Shown piece after piece: positions 50,010 to 61,145 of a stretch of 64,000 nucleotides of DNA. The stretch comes from Takakia lepidozioides (lineage: Eukaryota; Plantae; Bryophyta). Below the pieces are notes generated by a model. The model was given only the letters and a program-made list of their open reading frames with translations. It did not search any database and was not told the origin of the DNA. How positions within the stretch are numbered: the first letter of the stretch is position 1; every line of letters starts with the position of its first letter. The stretch covers positions 73,470,001-73,534,000 of the forward strand of contig CM060731.1 in assembly GCA_030704615.1 (NCBI GenBank), given 5' to 3'. Made by a program: the position numbers and the translations under genes.

Positions 50010-53000
50010 ATGACAGGGCTGAATCCAACGTGGTTGTTAGTTGGACATCAGACTTATGGGATGGGTAGCACCTCCAGTGTCACCACTGCTTTTGAAAACG
50101 GACCAGGAGAGGGAGTCAACAAGAATTGTTCTTCCACTTCTGTGAGGACACTATACATAGGACCAAAAGAGGCACTGCACAATTTGAACCAACAGGGCAG
50201 TCGGGTAGATTCCAGTGCTTTCTACATTGGTCTCCTACAGAAGTGCATCAAAATGAAAGATCTAGAAGAGGGAAAGCAGGTTCATACACACATTATTGAA
50301 CGTAGATTCAAGCCAAACATTTTTCTACTCAACACTCTTGTTAATATGTATGCGAAGTGTGGGAGCATGGTGGATGCACGTAAAGTGTTTGACCAAATGC
50401 CTGAACGAGATATGTTTACATGCACTATAATGATAACAGGATACCACCAGTATGGGTGTGGTAGGGAGGCTTTTGAGATCTATGAGAAAATGAGGCAGGA
50501 AGGGGTGGCGCCTGACAGGGTGACATTTACTTGCATTCTCAATGTGTGTGCCAGACTAGGAGCCCCCGAAAAGGGCAAACAGGTCCATGCTGATATCAGC
50601 AAAAGTGGAATCGCACTAGATGTAACTCTGGAGAATACCCTTGTTGCCATGTATGCCAAATGCGGGAGGATGAAAGATGCGCGTCAAGTGTTCAACAGTA
50701 TGGCTCAACGAGATGTGCTCTTATGGAATGCTATGATTTCAGGATATACTCGGCATGGCTGTGGTCTGGAGGCTCTGGAGATCTATGAGCAAATGCAACG
50801 GGATGGGGTCAAGCCGGACAGAGTTACGTTCATTTGTGTTCTCAATGTCTGTGCCAAGATAGGAGCCCTGGGAAAGGGCAAAGAGGTACATGCTGACATC
50901 ATCAAATTTGGAATTGTGTCATACATTAACTTGGAGACTGCCCTTACTGACATGTATGCCAAATGTGGGAGCATGGAAGACGCTCGGCAAGTGTTCAACA
51001 ATATGGCCGAACGAGATGTGGTCTCATGGAATGCAATGATTGCAGGATATGCTCAGCAGGGGTGTGGTAGAAAGGCTTTAGAGATCTTCGAGCAAATGCA
51101 ATTGGGAGGGGCAAGGCCCGACAGAGTCACATTCATTTCTGTCCTCGATGCATGTGCCTGTCTAGGAGCTCTGGAAGAGGGCAAAGAGGTCCATGCTGAC
51201 ATCATCAAAGCTGGAATCTCTTCTTATATTAATTTGGAGAATGCCATCGCAAACATGTATGCCAAATGTGGGAGCATGAAGGATGCTCGTCGTGTGTTTG
51301 ACAATATGGCTATACATAATGTGATCACATGGAACACCATGATTGCAGGATATGCACATCATGGCTGTGGTAGGGACTCTTTCGAGATCTATGAGCAAAT
51401 GCAAGAGAAAGGGGTGATGCCTGACAAGGTCACCTTCCTTTGTATTCTTAATGCGTGTGCTAGCCTAGGAGCCCTGGAAAAGGGCAAAAAAATCCATGCT
51501 GAAATAATCAAAGCTGAAATTGGGTCATCTGTAAAGTTGGAGACTGCACTTGCTGACATGTATGCCAAATGCGGGAGCATGAAGGATGCAAGGGAAGTAT
51601 TTGACAGTATGTCTCAACGCAATGTGATCTCGTGGAATGCAATGATCGGGGGATATGCTCAGGATGGGTGTGCTGGGGAGGCTTTGGAGATGTATGAGCA
51701 AATGATACAGGATGAGGTAATACCTAACCAGGTGACGTTCATCTCCGTTCTCAATGCATGTGCCAGCCTAGGAGCCCTGGCAAAGGGCAAACAGGTTCAT
51801 GCTGACATAATCAAAGCTCAAATTGGGGTGTATATTAACTTGGACAATACACTTGTTGACATGTATGCCAAATGTGGGAGCATGAAAGATGCCCGTGAAG
51901 TGTTTGATAACATGGCCCAGCACGACGTGGTCTCATGGAACACGATGATTGCGGGATATGCTCAGCATGGGGGTGGTACGGATGCCTTCAAGATGTATGA
52001 GCAAATGCTACAGGATGGGGTGAAGCCTGATAGGGTAACGTTCATTTCTGTTCTCAATGTGTGTGCCATACTAGGAGCCCTGAAAGAGGGTAAAGAGGTC
52101 CATGCCACCATCATTAAAGCTGGAATTGCATCCTATATAAATTTGGAAAATACTCTTGTTGACATGTATGCCAAATGCGGGAGCATAAAGGATGCGCATC
52201 AAGTGTTTGAGAATATGGCTGAACGAAATGTGGTCTCTTGGAATGCAATGATCGCAGGATATAGTCAGCATGATTGTGGTGGGGAGGCTTTTGAGATGTA
52301 TGAGCAAATGGTACGGGATGGGGTCCAGCCTGACAAAATTACCTTCATTTGCATTCTCAATGCATGTGCAAGCCTTGCGGCCCTGGAAAAGGGCATAAGT
52401 GCCCATGCTGACATTGTGAAAGCTCAAATTGCGCCAGATATCATGTTGGAGACTGCCCTTGTTGACATGTATGCCAAGTGTGGAAGTGTAAAGGATGCCC
52501 GTCAAGTGTTTGACAAAATGGCTGAGTGTGATTCCATTTCCTGGAGCGCGATGATTGCAGGATATGCTCAGCATGGGTGTGGGAAGGAGGCCCTGCAACT
52601 ATATGAACAAATGCAACAGAAAGGCTTGAAGCCGAACAGTGTCACCTTTATATCTCTCCTCTCTGCATGTAGCCATGTGGGTCTAGTGGAAGAAGGCCAC
52701 CACTACTTCGAGTCAATGAGTCGAGATTACAGCCTCGTTCCTACAGTGGAGCATTTTGGCTGCATGGTGGATCTTCTCGGCCGTGCAGCTCACTTGGATG
52801 AGGCAGAGGACTTCATAAGCAAAATGCCAATGAAACCAAATGCTTTGGTGTGGCGGGTCTTGCTTGGTGCTTGCCGGATTCATGGTGCTGTGGAGGTAGC
52901 AGAGCGTGCCGCAAAAAGGATTGTTACGAGGGATCCACAGGATCCTGCAGCATATGTGCTGCTATCAAACATTTATGCTGCGGCTGGCAGGTGGCACGAT

Positions 53001-53456
53001 AAAGCAAAGGTGAGGAAAATGATGACAGACAGTGGTGTTAGAAAGGAGCCAGGATGCAGCTGCATTGAGGTGAACAACCAAGTGCATTCATTTTTTGTAG
53101 ACGACAAATTGCATCCACAAATTAAGGAAATCCATGCTGAGCTGAACAGATTGTCCAGGCTGATGAAGGAGTCTGGGTATGTGCCTGATACGCACTTTGT
53201 CTTGTTTGATTTTGAGGAGGAGCAAAAGGAGTATTCTCTTTCCCACCACAGTGAGAAGCTGGCCATTGCTTTTGGGCTCATCAGCACTCCAGCTGGGATG
53301 CCTATCCGTGTCATCAAGAACCTGCGGGTGTGTGGTGACTGCCACACTGCCACCAAGTTCATTACAAAGATTGTTGGGCGACCAATCGTTGTGCGTGATG
53401 CCAATCGATTCCACCACTTCCAGCATGGGGTTTGTTCATGTGGGGATTATTGGTGA
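50010..53456 (+). CDS. Long PLS-class PPR-DYW protein (about 26 motifs)
   Basis: Eight ~303-nt S-P-L triplets, HSEKLA, CGDCH and DYW. Preceded by an acceptor gcatgcag|G at 50008 that is homologous to the one at 31959. Confidence 0.95.
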   Translation: MTGLNPTWLLVGHQTYGMGSTSSVTTAFENGPGEGVNKNCSSTSVRTLYIGPKEALHNLNQQGSRVDSSAFYIGLLQKCIKMKDLEEGKQVHTHIIERRFKPNIFLLNTLVNMYAKCGSMVDARKVFDQMPERDMFTCTIMITGYHQYGCGREAFEIYEKMRQEGVAPDRVTFTCILNVCARLGAPEKGKQVHADISKSGIALDVTLENTLVAMYAKCGRMKDARQVFNSMAQRDVLLWNAMISGYTRHGCGLEALEIYEQMQRDGVKPDRVTFICVLNVCAKIGALGKGKEVHADIIKFGIVSYINLETALTDMYAKCGSMEDARQVFNNMAERDVVSWNAMIAGYAQQGCGRKALEIFEQMQLGGARPDRVTFISVLDACACLGALEEGKEVHADIIKAGISSYINLENAIANMYAKCGSMKDARRVFDNMAIHNVITWNTMIAGYAHHGCGRDSFEIYEQMQEKGVMPDKVTFLCILNACASLGALEKGKKIHAEIIKAEIGSSVKLETALADMYAKCGSMKDAREVFDSMSQRNVISWNAMIGGYAQDGCAGEALEMYEQMIQDEVIPNQVTFISVLNACASLGALAKGKQVHADIIKAQIGVYINLDNTLVDMYAKCGSMKDAREVFDNMAQHDVVSWNTMIAGYAQHGGGTDAFKMYEQMLQDGVKPDRVTFISVLNVCAILGALKEGKEVHATIIKAGIASYINLENTLVDMYAKCGSIKDAHQVFENMAERNVVSWNAMIAGYSQHDCGGEAFEMYEQMVRDGVQPDKITFICILNACASLAALEKGISAHADIVKAQIAPDIMLETALVDMYAKCGSVKDARQVFDKMAECDSISWSAMIAGYAQHGCGKEALQLYEQMQQKGLKPNSVTFISLLSACSHVGLVEEGHHYFESMSRDYSLVPTVEHFGCMVDLLGRAAHLDEAEDFISKMPMKPNALVWRVLLGACRIHGAVEVAERAAKRIVTRDPQDPAAYVLLSNIYAAAGRWHDKAKVRKMMTDSGVRKEPGCSCIEVNNQVHSFFVDDKLHPQIKEIHAELNRLSRLMKESGYVPDTHFVLFDFEEEQKEYSLSHHSEKLAIAFGLISTPAGMPIRVIKNLRVCGDCHTATKFITKIVGRPIVVRDANRFHHFQHGVCSCGDYW

Positions 53457-54839
53457 ACCAAGCAACAGCCGGGAAAGAAAGAGTGTCACTTCAATCGAAA
53501 TGTCATTTTTCAGCCACTGCATTTGGGAAGTGTCAATGTCTGATGTACAAGCTTACAACCCTCTCTAGCAAGCTCTTTTAGAGACTACTGTAATGTCTGC
53601 GGTAAAATCTGATTGTAGTGACTGTAGTGGTGTGTATACAGAACAAGAATGTTTAGTGCATATCTACTTCATTATAAGGGAAAATTTGACATCTAAGAAC
53701 AGACTGTATGCATTCATAATTTTTTGATGTGCATGTTGGGGAAGAAGCTTGTCCAACCGGTTTGGCAACCAGTTGGAAGTTGTCCACCCATCATACAAAG
53801 GGGCAGCAATTTGGCTTTTACCAACTACACAGGCAGCAGCAAGGGGTTATGATAGATGATTTTCTAGTTTCTGATCATCTTTCATGAGACCCAGAGTACT
53901 GTAAGTCACCGAAATACCCTTCCTCTGTTCAAGCAAACTCTCATCAGGATATCCGCTCTCCCCTCCCCTTCTTGGTACTCTCACAGGATGTGAGATTCAG
54001 GGATCAACACACGAAGAGCGATTGTGGAGAAAAGATATGAGGACACCGCAGCTCCTTCCTTTCAAAGATGACTTGCACTGTGGTGCAAGTTATCTGGGCA
54101 GAATTCAACAGTCCAACTCGAGTTTGAAGTTTTGCATCTTCCTGGAAAGGTGCTGATTGCTGCTGGATCATTGTGCTCCCGGCAAGAGTGCTACTCTCCA
54201 TGAGAGTTACAGTCACATCGACAAATTTGCTCATTCAAACCCTTGGTTGTCGTCTTCAAATCAGACAACAGACTGTCTGCACACTCTGCCCTCTTTGATC
54301 CATGGCCAGGAGTTCGTTTCTAAAGGGCAGGACAAGCCCATCAGAAATCTTCCAAAGCCTCCTGTGCAATGGACATGGGTTCAGAGCACAAGCTCACCCC
54401 CACAGCTCAGTTCTATAGAGAGAATCTTGGACATCTGCTAACTTACAATGCTACCTTCTAGCATATTCTCCACATCTCCAGAACTTCAGAACTGGCTCCC
54501 ACAATCTTTTTTCCTGTCTGTGTGTAGAGGAGATTAGAGGGATATGCCCATGTCCTTTCAGAGATGAACGCTTCCTTAATGAGGTCCTACATCTTTAGGC
54601 TGTGATGTAGACAGGATCTTCCTATTCTAGTTCTAAGAATCTTTGGGATTCCTCTGGACACTCAAACATTTCTTTCTTTCTACCTGACATGGCGAGGTTG
54701 AACTCGGGATTGGTTTGTTTATTTCTACTCTGTAACTTCTTTGCTGATGTAGGATCCAAGGAAGTTCATCTTGATACATATATACACCTTGTAGCCAGAG
54801 ATCTTCCCTTGCAGATCTAGTTTTTCCCTTTAGTTTGGT

Positions 54840-55190
54840 AGGGCGATTCTGCACCGCAGGGGGTTGGGAGGGATGAATGACCTCTTTTCCGTTGTCCGTT
54901 GCAAAGTTCGCAAATTTTGTGGGATCGAAGCAGGCAATGGCTACTTATATCGCGTCCACAGTGAAAGGACAGTCAATAGAAGTCACACTAGTTTCAAGAT
55001 CAGGAGCAAGAGCTTTTTCCAATGTGCGCTGCATGCCCCCATTGAGTGTCCCAAGTCATATTCCACAAGTTCGGACAATTAAACCCTCTGGTACATGTGG
55101 CCGCAACATCTTGAACACCTTCACTTGGTATACACACATCTGGGTAGTTTTTCAAAGAGGGAAAGGAACCTTGCGATGCTTCAATGTAGT
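54840..55190 (-). mobile_element. Degenerate Mutator-like/SWIM transposase fragment
   Basis: The minus frame reads QMCVYQVKVFKMLRPHVPEGLIVRTCGI*LGTLNGGM, homologous to KLCKHQVRVLKMLHPDLQDGLLVHACGTALGTIHGGL at ~59935-60047. It contains stops. Confidence 0.75.
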
Positions 55191-55330
55191 TACAAACCTC
55201 TACAACTTGCAAAAAATAATCGTGATTCTAGATATCTCATAAAACCATGATTAAGAAAGAGAGATTTCCTGATGCATGTTAACAGGGGTTACAAAACTCT
55301 GCAGCCCTTCAAATGCTATGATAACTCTAC

Positions 55331-56040
55331 CACTGTATTCTCAGTCTGGAGCTCCAGGGTGCACCTCAACTTGCACTAGGTTGTGCTTGACCTTGTATCA
55401 TGGCAGCTAGCTGTGCTTTCACCCAAGGAGGGTTCGACCAACTTCCAATCCAAATGACCTCCTTTGTGTGCTCACATCTGAAGTCTGGTGAGCTTGAGCT
55501 TTTCTGTCACAACCACAATTGGCCAGCTGAGCACTCAGAGCTTCAACCACTGCATCACATAGACCACCTTCATATACTAAGGAACAACATTCTCCCCTGG
55601 CCTCTAACTAGGAAGACCACCTACTCAAAGGAACAGTATTAACTGATTTTGCTTTTTTTAAGCAACTAATAGAAACCATTCCACAAGACATCATCATGCC
55701 CGCATGAGTCTCTCAGCCCTCCTTGACTCCGTAGTCTCAACTTCTCATTGTCCCACCACACTGAAGGATCTGTTGAGAACTCCTGCCAGCGCTTTTCGAA
55801 GGTTATTGTTCGGCCCGCAAGCAAATCCCACTGAAACACGGATCTTCAGCAGCTTCTAATTGCTTGATTTATTGAGGAATGGTAGTGTAGGCTTCTCTCC
55901 CCCCTCTCTCTCACACATGACATATCAAGCGAATTTCAGAGATAGATGAGAACTTTCAGATATCTGAGGCGATACCGCCAATGGAAGGAGGACAAAGGTG
56001 TCGATTGTTGTCATGTTCCTCTATAACCCTTGTACGACAA
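55331..56040 (-). pseudogene. Degenerate paralog of the PDF-motif exons at 30971-31770
   Basis: ~56035-55950 RVIEEHDNNRHLCPPS; 55814-55741 TITFEKRWQEFSTDPSVWWDNEK (acceptor cgg, donor ttgagact versus gtaagact); 55503-55331 KSSSPDFRCEHTKEVIWIGSWSNPPWVKAQLAAM, followed by a TGA at 55368-55366. Confidence 0.8.
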
Positions 56041-56795
56041 GAATTTAAAATGAGTGTAGTTTCTACTGGCACGGGTGAAGGACAATATGGACCCTGGATC
56101 GCTCCGAGACGACCCCAAAAACAATGAAAAGTGAAACAGGCTCTACCTTTTTCGGTTTTTCGGGGGGAGTCATATCCATCACTTGCAGGTATGTAGAGCT
56201 CGGAACTACTAAGCCGGATAACCCCGGCAGCTCCCAATGTAGGCTAGTTGATCTTCTACATCCCGCAAATAACAGAGTAGTCAGGCCACCCTGCGCGTTC
56301 AGGAGACCACCGGCGCACGTTGCCATTCCTGTGCTTGTGTGAGAAGAGAAAACGGTCCAGCATCTAGGGAAACATTCAAAGGAGCACAATCCTAAGATCT
56401 GCAGGTTTAACTATATCCTTGCTCATTCATTACATATGCTAACAAAATGACGATAATCGTCAGCAACTAGCTAAAACTAATAAGCCTGAACTTCCTGGCC
56501 CCAACAATGTCTTCTTCAACACAATTTTCTGGTAGAGGAAGTGGGTCCGATGCTTTTCTGGGCTGTTGCTTACCTACAAGGAACAACCCATATATTCAGA
56601 GATCGTCTTGGAATTTGAGACGGAACTGTACAGTTTCTTCTATGCCCATTACCATCTTGCATCATTTCATCCTTTGTAACAGCGCATACTCCGGAAGAAG
56701 GAGGAAGTATAGATGGTGGCACAAAGGCGAGAGAATAATAAAACCAATACGGTATGTTGGCTCTGAGTGTTATTCGCCTCTCATTTTAAGATAAT

Positions 56796-59700
56796 AGGGT
56801 CTTCAATGCAGTCCGCTAACGGCGCAAGATCGCCACCGTCCATTCCCATAACCCATCCGAGCCCTCCATTTTTAGGGCTGCAATTCAAACCTTTATCCCT
56901 GCCGCCTACCACTTGCCAGCAGCCGCGAACGTGCGCACTATTCTCCTGGCACGTTGTCGATCGTGTCCTGTACTGCGGCGCGTTTCTTGCATGTTCAGAA
57001 GCGTGTCCTTTGTACTGTATAGGGCATGGACATGGAAGCAAAACCCGATGATATACTGATCACGGAAAGCCCACTTATACGGCCTCTTCGACAATGTTTG
57101 CAAACAGCAAAACCACGACCCTTCAACAAAGAAGGATCTCCATTGGAAGAGTGAGACGCAATATTGGTTTATGGGTGTGCGAGTGAAGGTTGAAAATGCC
57201 TGCATACTTTGGGATAGAGTTGGTGACTTTGTCCTGGGAGAGGAGAGTTTGGAGGACTACCCCACTCAGTTTTGGGTGAATGTCTATTCTAAAGTGGAAC
57301 CCGGCTCGCAAAAAGCACCCAAAGCCAACATATTTATGTCCAGTATTATGTGTGCACCATCCTCAGTCCTTTTGACGTTTCATTGCATGTCTGTTGCCAT
57401 TTTTTGTTTCACGAGTTCTCTGATTTTATGCTTCCTCAAGTCGTTGGATATCGATTTTAGAATTTTCTGTCCAGGTATCAATGCTGTTACGGTCCTGATG
57501 ACAAACGCACCAACAAGGCAATAGTGGAGGATCCAAAACAAAAGCGTGGAGGACCTCTTGTGGGTGCTGGAACATCTTGTCCTCATAAAGGCCCAAGGAG
57601 AAAGAAATCGGAGTATGAAGAGTCTTACAAGCGTGGTTGCCAATGCTGTTTCAAGGTCCAGCAATGTTATCTCGTCCCTGACATCTGTGTCCTCACGTAC
57701 TACAACAACATGGAGCATACAGATGCGCAAGGGAAACCCTCGCATGGGAAGTCCGCAGAGTTCAGGAACACCCGCCACGCCTATGCACCACACATTAGCG
57801 AGGAATTGAAAGCCTGGGTCGTCGAGTGTTTGTGTCGAGGCCTGTCGGTCGCCCAAATCATAATGGAGCATAAAGAGCACGTGATGAACAACACCGGCTT
57901 GGGCGATGCATGGACCCGCGATGATTTCTTGTTGGAGCAAGATGTTCGCAACCTTGCCGAGAAACGTGCGTGGCAAACCTTCAAAAAGCACGCCGATGAT
58001 GCGGAGAGTGTGCGCATGTGGAGAGACCAGAATCCTGCGTCCGTTTTTTTCTATCAAGAGGAGAAATTAGAGCCAACATTCGAGCATTTTGATGGAGATT
58101 TGACATTCACTATTGGCATACAGACTCCGTGGCAGAAACGACGAATGCTGGAACTAGGACATGACCGTATCATTGCATGTGATGCGACCTTTGGGACAAA
58201 TCATGACAAGGTACTATTTGAACGATTCCATAGACTTGTACGAGCATGATAGCATAGTACCATGCAGCATTCACATAAAATTTGGTGTGCTGACCCTTTC
58301 TGTATGTTTTCATATGTACGTTGCGGAAGACCGAGGGGCAGACCCATTGTGAACCGTTGTAGACCTCATCACTCTTATGAAGTCTTTTCATGCAGAACTG
58401 AGCGGAATTTGCATGCTCTGACCATCTTACATTGTGCATTCCAACAGTTCCCTTGTACACGTTGATGGTCTTCGACGAATGGTTGAACGGTATACCAGTT
58501 GCCTATATCCTATCCGCGAGGAATCGGACAACAGACCTGGTTCTGTGGATGAGAGCCTTGCGCGATTCACTCCTCGCAGATTTGCCGAGCTGGCGACCCA
58601 ATGCCTTCATTGTGGACGATGCCGAAGCATAAATCAACGCTATTCGGTAAGTCTGTTGGTCCACAGCACCGGTCCATTGTCGAGGTCCACTGCAGCAGTC
58701 CATTGCTACAGTCCACTAGCAGACTCCTGCGGCAAAACCCGATGGCAATTCGCTGGGCAAATCCACTAGTAGTCCGCTGTCAAGTCCGCTCATCAGTCCC
58801 CTGGCAAGTCCGCTGGCAGTCCCCGGCAAGTCCGCTCGGCAGTCCACTGGGAAGTCCACTCAGCAGTCCGTGGCAAGTCCGCTGGCAAATCCACTCGGCA
58901 GTCCTTGGCAAGTCCGCTAGCAAGTCCACTCAGCAGTCCCTGGGGTCGGCCGTCCGCTGCCAAGTCCACTCGGCAGTCCCTGGCAAGTCCGCTCGGCAGT
59001 CCGCTGTGGCAGTCCAATGGGGCAGTCCGCTGATGCAGTCCGCTGCCCCAGTCCTAGCTAGGAGAAGAATGGGGAAGTCCACTGGGTAGTCCAATGGGGT
59101 TATTCCAGCACATCAACGTCATGGCATTGTACTGTCCACTGGGCGTGTCCAGTGGCTCTGCCCGCTGATACAGGTCGTTGTTACAGTCCACTCCGGCAGT
59201 CCACCATTGCAGTCCGATCCCAAGACTCTAATGTGTACCATGTGTGTTGTGCAGAATTGTTTTTGAAGGAGTACTCATTTTCCTCTGTCTTTGGCATGTC
59301 CGCAAGACATGGGTGAAGCAATCATGCAAGAAAACGAACGATCCGGTGACCGTTGTAAACTTGTTGAAGGATATGGGAGACCTCATGTATTGTAGAGGGG
59401 GACCACGCAACGAGAAAATAACGCTTCGGTGGGTTGCAAGGAGAATCCGTCGTATGAGGTCAAAATACCCGAAAGGACATGAATTTCTTGACTATATCAA
59501 ACAATACTCGAAGCCCAAAATAGCAATGTGGTGTACAGCAGCCCGCCATGTCCCTCATGCGAACCAAGACACAAACGCAAGCATTGAGGCATACCATGGA
59601 AATCTGAAGGCAAGACTTGCCATGGGGAAAGGCAAGATGAGTGGTCGTAGAGTGGACTGGCTTATATGGGAACTCACTAGCTGTGTGCTAACACACTACT

Positions 59701-60487
59701 GGTATGCAATCCATTTGAAAGACCCACGGGTTCATAAAAAATGAAAAACACGAAAAGTACATATCCAGTTCTATACTTGCGGCACGAGACATTCCTGCTG
59801 AGAGTGTTACTCTTCCCTTGGGTCCTGGTGAACCAGCCTACGTTCTCAACAGCAACCACCCCGGCACAACATACATTGTTTACAATCCTGATTACGATTG
59901 GGCTTGTTGCACGTGCCCATGGGCAATGAAGGGAAAATTATGCAAGCATCAGGTCCGTGTCCTGAAGATGCTTCACCCTGACCTGCAAGATGGCCTCCTT
60001 GTGCACGCTTGTGGCACGGCGCTGGGAACCATTCATGGTGGATTACCTAACTTGCTCTTGGGCAATGGTGCCGGCGGCAACGACGAATCCAATCAGTTCA
60101 TGGAAAGACATCCTCCGGACGACTTCCCCCTACGACGAGGTACCTCTGGAGGTCTCTGCCTCAATGGAACAAGAATTCGCGGACATACTTCGCATTGTAG
60201 GTGATGACAAATACCTGGAGGCACATGCCCGATCTGCTCTTCGTATGTGCAGAGGTCAGCTCGTTGATATCCTGGCGAAAAGTGCGGTTGAAATGTTGCA
60301 CCCTGCGGCAACGAAGGCTTTCCGTTCTCTGAACAACAACAACAACATGTCTCTGAAAAGGAGACGATATTTCGTGGAGGCCTGGAAAACCCGGCCTAGG
60401 GTTTTGCGGAGAACCAGCAAGAGGGTGTTTGCACCTGCACCTGCAGCACATATATACTCGAAAATTCGCAACGACGCAATGGCGTGA
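56796..60487 (+). mobile_element. Degenerate Mutator-like element (MULE transposase plus SWIM), spliced
   Basis: SYKRGCQCCF, FTIGIQTPWQ..IACDATFGTN, PLYTLMVFDEWLNGIPVAY..FIVDDA, LCLWHVRKTW, HANQDTNASIEAYHGNLK, CTCPWAMKGKLCKH. In-frame stops at ~57522 and ~58630, plus frameshifts. Both ends are uncertain. Confidence 0.88.
58670..59220. repeat. 11-12 bp minisatellite (core GCAAGTCCGCT/GCAGTCCACT) in the MULE intron
   Basis: AGTCC recurs about every 11-12 nt (most regularly across ~58770-59045), between the donor at ~58647 and the acceptor at ~59254. Confidence 0.9.
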
Positions 60488-60660
60488 GCCTTGCGCGTGA
60501 GCGCGCGAGCGTACGCTCACGCAGGAGTGATGTGGCGTGAGTGTGCACCCACGCTGACGCGGCGTGAGCGTGATGTAAGCAGGCTGATGTGGCGGCAAAT
60601 GCTGACGTGGCCCTGCGCTATCATCTGCCACGTCAGCATGAACATGCGCCGCCTATAACC
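60481..60660. other. GC-rich block of short inverted repeats at the junction of the two convergent elements
   Basis: ATGCTGACGTGGC (60599-60611) pairs with GCCACGTCAGCAT (60627-60639); GCGTGAGCG pairs with CGCTCACGC (~60495-60522); GCGTGAG is repeated. Confidence 0.6.
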
Positions 60661-61145
60661 GAGGATGGTCCTATGACCGTGGGAATAATGAAGGGAATCC
60701 TTGGCTGAATACAATAAAGACTACCATGAGGCCTACAATTGCAGCATCCAACATTGTGCAATTACAAATGTTTGTTTCACTTTTATAATTACAAGGGTTT
60801 GAAATATCCTCACAAAGTGTGCGCCATAGAGGCTGCAACAGGAAGACCTTGCTCCCTCCCCAAATAACAATGAGAGTTAGGATCATCTTCAAAAGATGGT
60901 TGCAGTGCATAGCGATAGGAAGACATGTACACTTCGAATGGTGCAATGATCAATGTGCTTTTAAAAGTTGCCACTCAGAGCTCACTCAGTATAGTTGGAA
61001 GGATAATGGATGGATAAGGGACGCCATATCATTGCACCGCCGACGATGTTGCAAACGAATTGATTTGAATTGAATTTCCATGACAATGTTGCAAATTGCA
61101 CATTTCATAGCATGATCGTCCATATACCACATGACATAGTTGATG

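Noticed and set aside
58601-59089. 162-aa ORF with SPLG/WQVR repeats
   Set aside because: It is a translation of the intronic minisatellite, not a gene.
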